Assembly: GCA_963705705.1 (NCBI GenBank)
Contig: CAVPKK010000007.1
Location: 256,001-320,000, forward strand
Source of the DNA: an uncultured bacterium
GTDB taxonomy: Bacteria; Babelota; Babeliae; Babelales; JABCYS01
Length of the DNA stretch: 64,000 bases
Direction: 5' to 3'
The notes under the pieces are model-generated. The model ran no database searches. It was not told the DNA's origin and saw only the letters and a program-made list of their open reading frames with translations. The position numbers and the translations under genes are program-made. This document shows positions 10,885 through 21,469 of the stretch, piece after piece. The first letter of the stretch is position 1. Each line of letters begins with the position of its first letter.

Positions 10885-11319
10885 CTATCGCTTAACGAAT
10901 TGGAACTTACGACGTGCGCCGCGTTGACCGTATTTTTTACGTTCTTTAAGGCGAGAATCTACGGTAAGCATACCTTGCTGGCGTAGGGCTGGCTTGTATT
11001 GCTCATCCGAGGCCAATAATGCACGAGAAATACCAAGCTTAACGGCTCCGCTTTGGCCGACCTTGCCACCACCATCGACATTGACCTTAACGGCGTAGGT
11101 AGCCGTTTGAGGAGTAAGAGCGAATGGGGCAATAATGGTTTGCTTGGTGATATCAGTATCGAAGTAATCTTTGTAATCAAGGCCATTAACGGTAATAGAT
11201 GGCTTAGTGCTGCGGTATAGCCAAACGCGAGCTACAGAGCTCTTACGGCGGCCGATGCCGTGACCAATTAGGAATGCTTTAGACTTTTTTTCAGCTGGTG
11301 CTGTTGTAGCTTTTGCCAT
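10885..11319 (-). CDS. rpsI: 30S ribosomal protein S9
   Basis: GRRKSSVARV, GGGKVGQSGA, ERKKYG, QFVKR. Confidence 0.98.
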   Translation of the reverse strand: MAKATTAPAEKKSKAFLIGHGIGRRKSSVARVWLYRSTKPSITVNGLDYKDYFDTDITKQTIIAPFALTPQTATYAVKVNVDGGGKVGQSGAVKLGISRALLASDEQYKPALRQQGMLTVDSRLKERKKYGQRGARRKFQFVKR

Positions 11320-11479
11320 AGCAATAATGACCTCTAAGTTCAGAATTTTATTAAGGGAGACCTAATAGTAGTAAAATCCTTCTTTTTTTCAACCAGCCAG
11401 GGGAGGATGCCGGGAACCCAGGGCTATCTTTGGGTTATCAGGCGGTATTTCTAGGCCTATAAATCTATTGTGGCACCAC

Positions 11480-13888
11480 TTACGCTTTATTGGGTTTATG
11501 AACGCGTGGAAGCAACGGTTGATCAGAGTCAGAATCTGACTCATTATAAGCATCATCGTCATCATCAGAATCAGATGAATCAGAAGCTAGCTCGCTTACT
11601 TTGTAGCCTCTGGCTAATGTTCCAAGCAGAATGTCGACATTATCGCTCGAGTAATTTTTAGCCAGCCACTTTTTTGTTTCAGCTAATCCACTGGATGATC
11701 CAACATCGCTCAATATAAGCGGAAGATTAGGAGCAATAATCGACTTGCCAGTTAACTTGCGCAATACAATATCCGCAAAGGCATATGGTTGCAGCGCCCT
11801 TACGCAGGGAATAAGCTTCAATAATTCATCCTGCGCCACCTCGACCATCGCTGCGGCAAATGGTGATGGGTTAGGGTGCGCATCCTCATCATTAGAGGTG
11901 CTATCAGACCGCTCTTTTTCTCGCATCCAACCGCGATAGTCTTCGCGCACAGCGTCCTTTTCTGCGATTAAGGTCGTCCTGTTAGATACTGGATCCCAAT
12001 TCCAAAGGCGTAATTCTTCCGGCACGTCGGTAAAATATGATTTAACAATAGCACGCAACTCTGCTACCGGGTTGTTGCTCAGACGGCAGGCCAACATTAC
12101 CTTATCAGTAATCTTAACCGGCTCTTCACGTCGCGCTATAAGTCGTTTGATCCAAGCAATCCATGCCTTGCCGCTCGGCATTTCATAGGCGGGCGAACGT
12201 GGGCGCTCAGCATCTTTTTTGTGTTGAGGTTGTTGCTTAATATACGCTCTCTTAGTAGCAACCTTGTCGCCATCAAGCAGAAATTTAAGCTTTGTCGAAC
12301 GTATAATAGTACCGATTGCAAGTCTGTCCCTGGCTCTATTATTGGGCGAACTTAAGACGCGCTGAGTAGGTATAGGAATTGGTAAATCAGGGCTTGAGCT
12401 ACTTGAACTCGAACTTGGTACGGGAGCTAGTGTTGCAAGCACGGGATTCTGTTCGATGGGGCTTGGAATAGGAAGAGCTGCTGCTGGGCTTGAATGTGTA
12501 ACGACGGGCATTCGGAAGTTTACTGCCGTAATGGGCTGAACCAACATTGTTTGGTCACTGGTTGCAAGCCAATTTATAACGGATCCGGCGATATACCCCT
12601 CCATTTTATAGATTAATTTAGGCAACTTACACCCAAACACCCTATTACCATTAAGCTGCTCAAGCATGTATCCAGCAATCGCATACGGCTGAAAGATTTT
12701 TATATAATGATAGAACTGCTGTTTTAACAGTTCAATTTGATTTGCAAGGAAAGGTCCATCACCACCCCTCCCCAATCTCCTGCTTTCAAGATTTGTGCGT
12801 AAGGCTTCGCGCTTTTTATTCATCTGATAGTTTGGGGAAACGCAGGGATTATAAGATTCCGTGGTCAGAGTCATTTCCCAAAAACGTTGCTCGTATGGAA
12901 TGTCTCTGAAGTATGCCAGCGCCGCATCAAACAAGATTGATACTATGATTGCTTTTTTATCTGAAGATGAATTCTGTGCCACCTCAAGTTCCCGCGCAAT
13001 AGTTTGATCGCATGTATGAGAATTAAGAAGATTTTTCACCCAAGAAAGCCAAGCTGCCGGGGTGGTAGTAGGCATACTCGGGGTTGTGCTTGGAACACTC
13101 GATAGAGTAGCCATACTTATCGGCCTGAATAAACCAGGTGATGCCGATGAAGAAGCGGGGTTTGTCGACTGCCTACCAAAGATGGAATTAGAACTTTGAG
13201 CGATTGCTGGTGCAGGATGACTGTGACCATTTGCAGCTAAATTGGCTGGTCTGGCAGAGCTTGGCACAACCTGCGGTGCAATGGTATGGTTGGGTTTATT
13301 GCCAGAAGGCGGAGTGACTGACGAAGATCTAATAAATGCATCCATATCAAAATTATCATCAAAAAATGATGATCTCCTTGAGATGACCGGCAAGCTTGGG
13401 CCAGGATCAATGCTCAATGGAGGATTAATCACACTCGAATGTTGCGGCTGCATAATTATCGGCGGTGGGGGTAATACTGAACTTGGCGCCATCGGAGCAG
13501 GTGCAGTTACAACCGACGGCATAGAAGTAGAAGCAGGTGCAGTTACCGCCAGTGGCATTGAAGCAGGTGGTATAACTGCTACTTCATGCATCGATGTATC
13601 TGTATTATTGGACGTTTGAGTGAGTAGTCTTTTCTCTCGCGCTCGTTGAATTGCTGCCTGGGCATTAGCGAGAACTCGCGCCCTTCTTTCATTTACAGCA
13701 GGATCTGATGTTGGGCTTGGAGCAATCGGTGCTTGCAAATCCGCCACATCGTCAGACAACCTAACTCGTTTTGCTGCATTGCCAGTTTCGGGCGCAGAAG
13801 ATGAACCATTGATTAATGGGAAAAGCGCAACGGTAAGTAAAAGTGCTTTAAAGAAATTTTGCTGTTTTATATTCATGTTGTTTTCCAT
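11480..13888 (-). CDS. Secreted Ser/Pro-rich candidate effector with two GKxW...QPYA domain copies
   Basis: Signal peptide, KRVR, AAWLSWVK...FQPYAIA, MPSGKAWIAWIK...LQPYAFA, acidic tail. Confidence 0.75.
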   Translation of the reverse strand: MENNMNIKQQNFFKALLLTVALFPLINGSSSAPETGNAAKRVRLSDDVADLQAPIAPSPTSDPAVNERRARVLANAQAAIQRAREKRLLTQTSNNTDTSMHEVAVIPPASMPLAVTAPASTSMPSVVTAPAPMAPSSVLPPPPIIMQPQHSSVINPPLSIDPGPSLPVISRRSSFFDDNFDMDAFIRSSSVTPPSGNKPNHTIAPQVVPSSARPANLAANGHSHPAPAIAQSSNSIFGRQSTNPASSSASPGLFRPISMATLSSVPSTTPSMPTTTPAAWLSWVKNLLNSHTCDQTIARELEVAQNSSSDKKAIIVSILFDAALAYFRDIPYEQRFWEMTLTTESYNPCVSPNYQMNKKREALRTNLESRRLGRGGDGPFLANQIELLKQQFYHYIKIFQPYAIAGYMLEQLNGNRVFGCKLPKLIYKMEGYIAGSVINWLATSDQTMLVQPITAVNFRMPVVTHSSPAAALPIPSPIEQNPVLATLAPVPSSSSSSSSPDLPIPIPTQRVLSSPNNRARDRLAIGTIIRSTKLKFLLDGDKVATKRAYIKQQPQHKKDAERPRSPAYEMPSGKAWIAWIKRLIARREEPVKITDKVMLACRLSNNPVAELRAIVKSYFTDVPEELRLWNWDPVSNRTTLIAEKDAVREDYRGWMREKERSDSTSNDEDAHPNPSPFAAAMVEVAQDELLKLIPCVRALQPYAFADIVLRKLTGKSIIAPNLPLILSDVGSSSGLAETKKWLAKNYSSDNVDILLGTLARGYKVSELASDSSDSDDDDDAYNESDSDSDQPLLPRVHKPNKA

Positions 13889-13938
13889 CCATTTAATTTT
13901 TTGATCGAGCTAATTTCTTTCGCTTCTTGTCATCTTAA

Positions 13939-15057
13939 TTAATCTGGCAAATCGATCGCTGCAATATTGCGGGTTACAATGCAATTTGTAGTTGGTGCAG
14001 TTGCTTCTGTACCAGTTTCTTCTACGCAGATCTTCTTGGTTTTTGTTATTTCAGTGGTATCAGAAACTGTTTGATCAACTGAACGTTTAGTCTGATGCGT
14101 GACCATCGAACTTGAACTTGATGAGGAAGGTGGCCTATTGCGCGCAGAAGTCACTGCATTCTCTTCTTCAGCAGTCTCGTCTTCACTATCGGTCGCGTCT
14201 TTCGGGTTATCCGAAAACAGTAGATCTAATGCTTCTTGCGCTTTTGTACGCATTCTTTCATTAACCGCTTGTTTAGCCGCCTCATTCCACAGGGCGATAG
14301 CAGCTTGCAAATCTTTTGTGCTGCGGTTGGTCGCTAGCAACAGGCCTAATTTATATTGTGCTTCTGCTAATGTATGCACATCGTCTGTTTGTTTGACAGC
14401 CAATTTCAAATAATCTATGGCCCTATCAAATTTAGAAATTTTCAGGGATTTCGCAGCGCTTTCCAAATATTCTTTTGCGGTGCGCAGCTTATTCTTCCTG
14501 TGAGGTCCGCTTGAACTTGCTGGTGATTCACTTGAGGGGCTCGGGCTTGCTTCCAGCGAAATCGACGGGACAACTGGTTCCAGTGAGCTTGATGCTGGCA
14601 AAACTATTCTGCCCTGAAATATTGGTTCGCTTACCGTATCCGCATTAGTCGAAATACTGTTTGCGAGCTTGCCTAATTCTTGTCGAGCAAAAGCGCCTAT
14701 GTTTTCATCTTCTTGCTGTCTAGCGGCGACATATAATAACAGGCGTCCGTTTTCTATATCTCGTTCTCCGCCCGAACCATCGACTAATAATTTACCCAAA
14801 TAATAACTTGCATGTGCGATTGCCCCTTGCGACTTATCGGGTGCATGAAGTACATTTCGAAAGCATGATCGTGCAAGATCGTATTTTTCTAGCTCTATAA
14901 ATGCGAACCCTGCTTTTAGCATGAGATGATGCTCGCTTCGCTGTATAGATTGCGAAGGGCTACTGCTAGAACTTGGTGAAGCAGAGCTCTGCGAGCCTAA
15001 AAGATTTGGGGCAATAATAAGTGTCGCGCATAAGGCGAGTAATTTTTTGCTGATCAT
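13939..15057 (-). CDS. Secreted Sel1/TPR-like repeat protein (2 modules)
   Basis: Signal peptide, ASYYLGKLLVDGSGGERD and AQYKLGLLL; clear similarity to 21470-24673. Confidence 0.8.
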   Translation of the reverse strand: MISKKLLALCATLIIAPNLLGSQSSASPSSSSSPSQSIQRSEHHLMLKAGFAFIELEKYDLARSCFRNVLHAPDKSQGAIAHASYYLGKLLVDGSGGERDIENGRLLLYVAARQQEDENIGAFARQELGKLANSISTNADTVSEPIFQGRIVLPASSSLEPVVPSISLEASPSPSSESPASSSGPHRKNKLRTAKEYLESAAKSLKISKFDRAIDYLKLAVKQTDDVHTLAEAQYKLGLLLATNRSTKDLQAAIALWNEAAKQAVNERMRTKAQEALDLLFSDNPKDATDSEDETAEEENAVTSARNRPPSSSSSSSMVTHQTKRSVDQTVSDTTEITKTKKICVEETGTEATAPTTNCIVTRNIAAIDLPD

Positions 15058-15084
15058 GACTTCCTTCCATTTAAATTCAAATCA

Positions 15085-17074
15085 TTAATCCGGTAAGTCG
15101 ATTGGATTCATCTTTCGTTTGATAGCATTTATATAATTGTCAGCTCGTTCGGCAAACAGTTGAACATCTCTATCAATGAGCTTTGATGCCATTGAGCGAA
15201 GTTGCGCACAAAACAGTTCTATCTTCGGAAGTGATTTTCTTAATTCTTCTTCATCACTTTGTGGAATTAACCCATGCGATTTATCAAGATAAGGAATTGC
15301 AGCTCGACATGTAGCAATAGCGTCCGCTCTATTTCCGGATTCTACATATTCATGTAATAAATCTGAAAGGGCAGCAGCAGCATTGTACCAATCTCTACGG
15401 CTAGCTAATGAAGGAAATTCCGAGACAGCCCGCTGCCTAAGTAATGCATATTTTTTTACGTAGGCCAGTTGCTCATGCTTGGGAAGCATATTCGCTAACC
15501 GGATGTTTAAATCTGCAGCACAATTAAGATCATTACGACCGCATGCGCTCCCTGCAAGGGTGATGGCACGAGATGCAAAACCTATACCTTCCTTGATTAC
15601 TTCAGGCATCCGGGCGTTTTCTGTGGCCCGATCAATATAACAAGCAATTTCTCTGCACGCGGCCAAAGGAGGCACAAGACCTTCCGAAAGTTGGAGCTTA
15701 GATAAAACAGCGGATCGCAAAAAAAGTAAATTTTTTGCGCGTTGATCAGTCGTTTTTTGCGCAGTATCCAGCATGCTTTTCTTACGCTCGCTCAAAAAAT
15801 CAGATAATTGCTTTTCAACCCTGAGCCGCGCTTCATCAAGCTTCTCTCTTGGGATTGAATGACCGCGCATTATTTCACCGGCTAAGCAGCTACGCACCTG
15901 TTTCGCATTCTGTTGAAGGAGCCATATATATTCATTTTCGACGTAAGCGTTACCGGCTGTAAGTGGAGCAAAGGGAGTAATCAAAAAGCTCTCTATTTTC
16001 ACCTTATTGCAAGCTGCTGCTTGTGATGTGTGCTCGTTCAAGCGCTGGTAGATATGTGGGATGTATGCTTCACACATACGTTTTAGATATTGCGCAAACC
16101 GTTGAGATGCAGGTATGTGTTTTTGCTCCAGAAACCAAACTGTCATGCAGTCGCATAAAGGCGCCAAACCATGCAGTTTATGCATGAAAGGCATTGGAGG
16201 AAGAGAAAAATTCGCGCAACCTATACGCTCTAAAATATAGTTAGCTATGCAATATGGTTTTGCTGTTTCCACGCAGGTTAACAGTTCAGCTTTTAATGTG
16301 CTATAGCGATCATGCGCAACCGCATCCATATCCTGTTTCTTTTCCGCGCGCTTCGTGTATAAGTTTTCCAAACTCAATTATTTTATTTTTTTTACCTCCC
16401 GTTTCCACGCACTTTTGTTGGTCGTCCAAATTCCAAAGGCGCAAATCTTCTGGAATATCAGTAAAATAACATTTAGCGATTGTTTGTAACTCAGTCACCG
16501 CGTCTGGGTGTCGGGTGCATGCCATTACCAACTTATTGATAATAACTTCCGGGCATCGAGGCTCGCGAATAGTAAGCATGGTTCCATTGTTGTTAACAAC
16601 CTTGTTGACCGGCTCGTCGAATAGACGGCGAACCCAAGCTACCCATTTTTTTCCAGTAAACATCTGGCCATCGGTATCTAAATCGGTAGCTTCTAGCTCA
16701 GTTGGAAATATTTTTTCTTCTAAATCATATTGTTGACCTTCCAAGCTATCTACGGAGCGAGGGCAACGAAACGGACTCGCATTGACGCAGCCACTTGCGA
16801 CAACAGGTGAAGATTCAAGTTGGCTTGGATTTTCCAATTTCCGTTTTTGGCGGTGACTATCCTCAGAAACATCAGCCATAAGAGGTGCGCTTGAAGGCAA
16901 TAGGCTTGAACTACTCACCGTGTCTGGACTCGCTTGCGCCATAGCAATATCACGATCTACGGTCGTAGCTTTTCCTAGATCGGCCGAAGGAGAAGCCGCA
17001 TATAAGGCTGGCAACGCGGCCAAGTAAACAATTATTGATAATGAAATTTGCTTAATCATGATGTTTCGCTCCAT
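15085..17074 (-). CDS. Secreted GKxW...QPYA-domain candidate effector, frameshifted near 16335-16345
   Basis: ORF 16310-17074 (MFTGKKWVAWVR...EFGKL) and ORF 15085-16377 (LKAELLTCVETAKPYCIA) align consecutively to paralog 18795-21440. Removing one A from GGAAAAG fuses them. Confidence 0.75.
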
Positions 17075-18774
17075 TAGTTTGTTTTCTTGGATTCAATCAA
17101 TTGCACATCAGAATCTGATTCTGATTCTGTTTCATCAGGGTCAACCATGTGGCTATTGGCAGCCTGTGCATGTGACGCTGCCTCTTCTTCTCGTGCAATC
17201 TCAGCTAAGAATTGATCTGCCCTGCGGACAACGAGTTCGCCTTCAGTTACATCGCCAAATTCCACTGTTCGGTGAGCAAATGCAGCTCCTTTTTTCAAGT
17301 AGCCAATCGATTGCGGACCAGTTTTATGAGCTTCATAAGCATCAATGTAATCAATGGCGATAGACCGATGCTGTGTTCCATTGAAGGAAGTGAGACCCAG
17401 TAAAAGTTCATGCAATTTCGCACGACGTGCAGTAATCATGCTCTTAAATGGGCCAGCGAGCGTGGAGCTTGCCAACTTTGCATTGATTGCTTCAACACGT
17501 GCAATGATGAAAGATTTAAGATTATCCTCAATCTCATATCTTGCTTTTTGCAACTGTTCTTTTGTTAATGTATGACCCAACAATAGTTCACCTCGTGCGA
17601 TTTTTCGCAGATCAGAAATTTTTTTATTGTACGTGCTAATGTATATATCTTCGGCCACGAATGTTGTTGGACCAAGCGGAAGTTGAGCAAAGGAACCGGT
17701 TCGGGGATTTGCAATCATTCTGGCTTGAATCGTTTGTTTTTCCGTTTCACAGCCTTTTTGCTTTACTAAGCAATTATATAACAGAGGTCGATGCATCAAC
17801 AAAGATTTAAAAAAAGTGCAATACTCTTTAACAAAATTTGGGCCACATCCTTTTCTTAGCCATTCTTTTAATGCTGTTTCTGATGTTGCAGCAAGCATTA
17901 ATGTGTCTATTGCCACAAAAATACCGTCATTGGAAAACCATGATGCCATGGCATATGGTTGCAATTCTTGTACACACGGCATCAAAATGCTCAACAGTTT
18001 TTCCTGCTCATTCATTGCTTTGCGCAGGAGCTGGCCGCTTTGGGTATTATTTATTTTTAGATTTATTTTCTTAAGTTGTTCTCGCAGACTATCTTTTTCT
18101 TGAATCGGAAAGGCCCGTTTGGTTGTTTCATCCCAATTATATAAGCGCAATTCTTCAGGCGCCTCAGTAAAATAACTTTTTTCGACCGCGTTGAGTTCTC
18201 GTATTGCATTGGGGCAGCGCAAGCAGGCCGCATTTATTTCATCAAAAATGGTTTCAGCCTTTTTGCCGGAGGCTATCAAACTTTTCACCCAAGCAACCCA
18301 AGCTTTGCCGGTTGGCATCATCATTTGTTCACGAATAAAGGCATCGAATCCCGTTGAAATAGGTGCAAGGCGACAAAGGCCTGGATAATCGGTCTTCAAA
18401 TTAAGCAAAATAATCTTGGTAATCGTTGGGTTTCCAATAAAACCTGGTACATGTGCTATTGGCGCAACCGGTGCTTGAGGTCGTTCATCGCGGCGTTCAG
18501 TCAGCATGCTTTGATCAGAATCAGAATGATCAGAGAAATCAGTCTCATCATCACTTATTAGATTACGAAGTGCCAATCCTCCGATATGCTCCGAAACAGT
18601 ATTAGCTCGAAACGAAACTCTAGTTGCAGGAACAATCGTTTCGCCATCTAATGAAATGCGCACACGTTTTTGCCGCATAGTAGTTTCACTTGATGCTGAC
18701 GTTGCCATAAGTGATGGCACAAGTGTGCAGGCGATGAATGCTATATATAGTTGCTTTTTCATATTGTACTCCAT
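17074..18774 (-). CDS. Secreted candidate effector: F-box-like motif + GKxW...QPYA domain
   Basis: Signal peptide, KRVRI, RVSF, ITKIILLNL...LCRLAPIS, MPTGKAWVAWVK, LQPYAMA. Confidence 0.75.
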   Translation of the reverse strand: MEYNMKKQLYIAFIACTLVPSLMATSASSETTMRQKRVRISLDGETIVPATRVSFRANTVSEHIGGLALRNLISDDETDFSDHSDSDQSMLTERRDERPQAPVAPIAHVPGFIGNPTITKIILLNLKTDYPGLCRLAPISTGFDAFIREQMMMPTGKAWVAWVKSLIASGKKAETIFDEINAACLRCPNAIRELNAVEKSYFTEAPEELRLYNWDETTKRAFPIQEKDSLREQLKKINLKINNTQSGQLLRKAMNEQEKLLSILMPCVQELQPYAMASWFSNDGIFVAIDTLMLAATSETALKEWLRKGCGPNFVKEYCTFFKSLLMHRPLLYNCLVKQKGCETEKQTIQARMIANPRTGSFAQLPLGPTTFVAEDIYISTYNKKISDLRKIARGELLLGHTLTKEQLQKARYEIEDNLKSFIIARVEAINAKLASSTLAGPFKSMITARRAKLHELLLGLTSFNGTQHRSIAIDYIDAYEAHKTGPQSIGYLKKGAAFAHRTVEFGDVTEGELVVRRADQFLAEIAREEEAASHAQAANSHMVDPDETESESDSDVQLIESKKTN

Positions 18775-18794
18775 GTATATCTTTTCCCGAATAT

Positions 18795-21440
18795 TTAATC
18801 AGGCTGCTCGAGCGGATCAACGCGTCGTTTCACTTCTCTTACATATTCTTCTGCTTTTTGCGCGAGAGCTGCTGCGGCAGGAATTTTTCGTGCCAATAAC
18901 AGTGCTTGATTTTTGAATTCTTTATAATTATCAAACGATGCTTTGAGGTGTTGGTCAGTTTGTTTGCTTAACAGTTGCAATGATTTATCCAAATAATCGG
19001 TAGCACGAATGCAAGATTGAGTTGCTTCTTCGATGTTCCCATCTGCTAGGTTTATCTCCGCTCGGTGGTTTAAGGAACGGGCAGCCAAATAAAAATCCGA
19101 ACTATCGCTTTGCGGAGAGAATTCATGCACTACTCGTTCATTTAATGCAGCATATTTTTTAGTATACAGCGCTCTGGTAGCTATATTATAGGCTGTAGAT
19201 TTTCGAAGAATACCGTAATGCGTCGCTGCATCGGTAAGGTCTTTCTTATTTAAAACATGATCCTTTGTAGCAAGATCAACAGCACGCTCTGCATACTCAG
19301 CACCTTTTTGGATATCACTGGTAGGCCTTCCCTCCCTTGAGCGAATTATTCCTGCAATTTTCCTGCTTGCATGAAGCGGAGTTATCATGCGTTCCTGCAG
19401 CAGTTGCTCTATCAGCCAAACTGCGTGCTGATATAGCTTATTTCCTTGGACTGCATCTTTCGCCTGAAGAATTGAATCGCAGCATGCATTATATCGATCA
19501 GTCAATAGATTGCGCAGAGTAATTTGAGCTTTCAGTCGTGAAGCCTCTATTTCTTGCGAGGAAAGACTGTTTTCTTTGAATATTTCGCCATTAGCGCAAG
19601 CGCGCAGCATCTTAATTTTTTGCTGCCATTCGCTGATATCCAGTCGCTCCGCTTCTGGGCAGGCAGGGCCTTTAGATACTGTATTATCAGAACGATTACT
19701 AACCATTGCTTTTTCAATTAATAACCTGTCTGAACGAGCGCCGGCTGTAGATTGTGCTGATAAGCACTCATACATGGCCGGAGTATTTTGGGAACAAACT
19801 TGACCGGCATATAACGCTAATATCCGTGTAATTTTTGCGGGACGTTTCAGTAGCCACTGGCCAATGCAATCACAAGTCAGTTCTTGTGGATTTATTGCAT
19901 GCAAAATAAAGGGGGCAGCAGTACCCATAAAATTTCGCCCTGTAATGAGATATAAAATATAATCGGCAATCGCATATGGTTGTAATTCTTTAACGCATTC
20001 AAATAATTCAGTCTTAATTTTCTTTAATCGCTCTTTAATCTGTTCCTTTGAGCCGGCATCTGCCGTACTCGCATCATCACATAATTTGGCGAACTCTTTA
20101 CACAGCGTTTCCTTTTCTGGAATAATTACCGCCTGCTTACCAGTAGCATCAACGCCCCAAATGCGACGATTTACCGGCACATCAGTGAAATATAGATTCA
20201 CGATAGTGCGTAGCTCAGCAATAGGATTGTTGCAATGCGCGCACGCGGATACTAGCTTTTCGATAATAACTTCAGGGTGTTCCGGCTCTTCAATAACACG
20301 TGTAACGCCCTTTTCAATAATCGTTTTTCTTACTGGTTTAGTAAGCATCTCTTTTACGTGTGCAACCCACTTTTTGCCCTTTGGCATTTCAATTGAGCGC
20401 GACATGCGATCAAATTTTTTGTTCAAGCAACGCATTTTGCACATATCTAAATAGTTCAAATCCTTGAAAATATGGCCAATATCGAGTCTATCCTGTTGCG
20501 AGCGCAAGCTTGTTTTTGTAAGCGTCGGACATGGTCCAAATGTTATTGCTTTTGGTTGCACCGGGCTTGGAGCCGGATTATTAAGCGGATTAAAAATTGG
20601 ATTGGTGTTCACTGGTTGTGGCACGCTAACTGGCATAGGATGTATCTGGGCGTTTATATACGGTTGATGTGGTCTAGCGGCAGGCGCTGCAGCCGGAGGT
20701 GCGGGCAATGGCCGTGGCGCCGGTAAAGATAGTGGTGGCGCTACCGGTGATCTGTTTAAGCTCCAAGAATTTTGAGCCGGTGATGGCTGAGGCAGCGTTA
20801 CTGGTCTGCTTGATGTCCCTTGATGAAGCGGCGGCATCGCTGATTGTGCGCCTGGCGCAGGAACATTGACTCCGAACGGCATGTTTGCGGGCCTAATCGG
20901 AGGCGAATATGATCGGTTAATTTGTCCCGATTGCAGCGGCTGAAATGCTGACGAAGATGCATTCGCTTGCGGCGCTGGAGGCTGTGATCGCCATGGTTGT
21001 GATGGCGTTTGAATATTTGCCAATGATGATACTGGTGGCCATCCATGTGGCAATGGCAATGGTAATGTAATATATTGCGTCATGTTAGGGCTCAATGCAT
21101 GTATCGCATTACCATTTTGTACCATCTTATAAAGCGGATCCCATGGTGGTACGTCCGGTAATGGTAATGGCAATCTATAGGTCATTGATCGCGGTGCAGA
21201 TGATGACGCCGCATTATTAGCAATGCCACTATTCGCATTTTGCGGAAATGGTTGCATAGATGATCGCCAACCATTCTGTGGCTGTGGCGCAGCAGCGGGC
21301 TGCGGGCGAGCCAATGTTTCTTGGGTACTTAGATCCATTGGATCGTTATGCGAATTACCATTCGGCGAAGCATTGGAGCCCATAATTGTAGGCGCAATTG
21401 CAAGCGCAATTAACAATGACTTAAGTGTTTGCTGAATCAT
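18795..21440 (-). CDS. Secreted Pro-rich candidate effector: F-box-like motif + GKxW...QPYA domain + helical repeats
   Basis: Likely start MIQQTLK after GGAGG; PMDLS, long Pro/Gln/Ser region, HIFKDLNYLDMCKMRCLNKKF, MPKGKKWV, LQPYAIA. Confidence 0.75.
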   Translation of the reverse strand: MIQQTLKSLLIALAIAPTIMGSNASPNGNSHNDPMDLSTQETLARPQPAAAPQPQNGWRSSMQPFPQNANSGIANNAASSSAPRSMTYRLPLPLPDVPPWDPLYKMVQNGNAIHALSPNMTQYITLPLPLPHGWPPVSSLANIQTPSQPWRSQPPAPQANASSSAFQPLQSGQINRSYSPPIRPANMPFGVNVPAPGAQSAMPPLHQGTSSRPVTLPQPSPAQNSWSLNRSPVAPPLSLPAPRPLPAPPAAAPAARPHQPYINAQIHPMPVSVPQPVNTNPIFNPLNNPAPSPVQPKAITFGPCPTLTKTSLRSQQDRLDIGHIFKDLNYLDMCKMRCLNKKFDRMSRSIEMPKGKKWVAHVKEMLTKPVRKTIIEKGVTRVIEEPEHPEVIIEKLVSACAHCNNPIAELRTIVNLYFTDVPVNRRIWGVDATGKQAVIIPEKETLCKEFAKLCDDASTADAGSKEQIKERLKKIKTELFECVKELQPYAIADYILYLITGRNFMGTAAPFILHAINPQELTCDCIGQWLLKRPAKITRILALYAGQVCSQNTPAMYECLSAQSTAGARSDRLLIEKAMVSNRSDNTVSKGPACPEAERLDISEWQQKIKMLRACANGEIFKENSLSSQEIEASRLKAQITLRNLLTDRYNACCDSILQAKDAVQGNKLYQHAVWLIEQLLQERMITPLHASRKIAGIIRSREGRPTSDIQKGAEYAERAVDLATKDHVLNKKDLTDAATHYGILRKSTAYNIATRALYTKKYAALNERVVHEFSPQSDSSDFYLAARSLNHRAEINLADGNIEEATQSCIRATDYLDKSLQLLSKQTDQHLKASFDNYKEFKNQALLLARKIPAAAALAQKAEEYVREVKRRVDPLEQPD

Positions 21441-21469
21441 TTCATTCCTCCATTTATGGGCCATTTTCA

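Noticed and set aside
13870..18774. Conserved N-terminal ME-x-N-(I)-M peptide in island genes
   Set aside because: The ATGGA is better explained as part of the ribosome-binding site for the downstream ATG, as in paralogs where it is out of frame.
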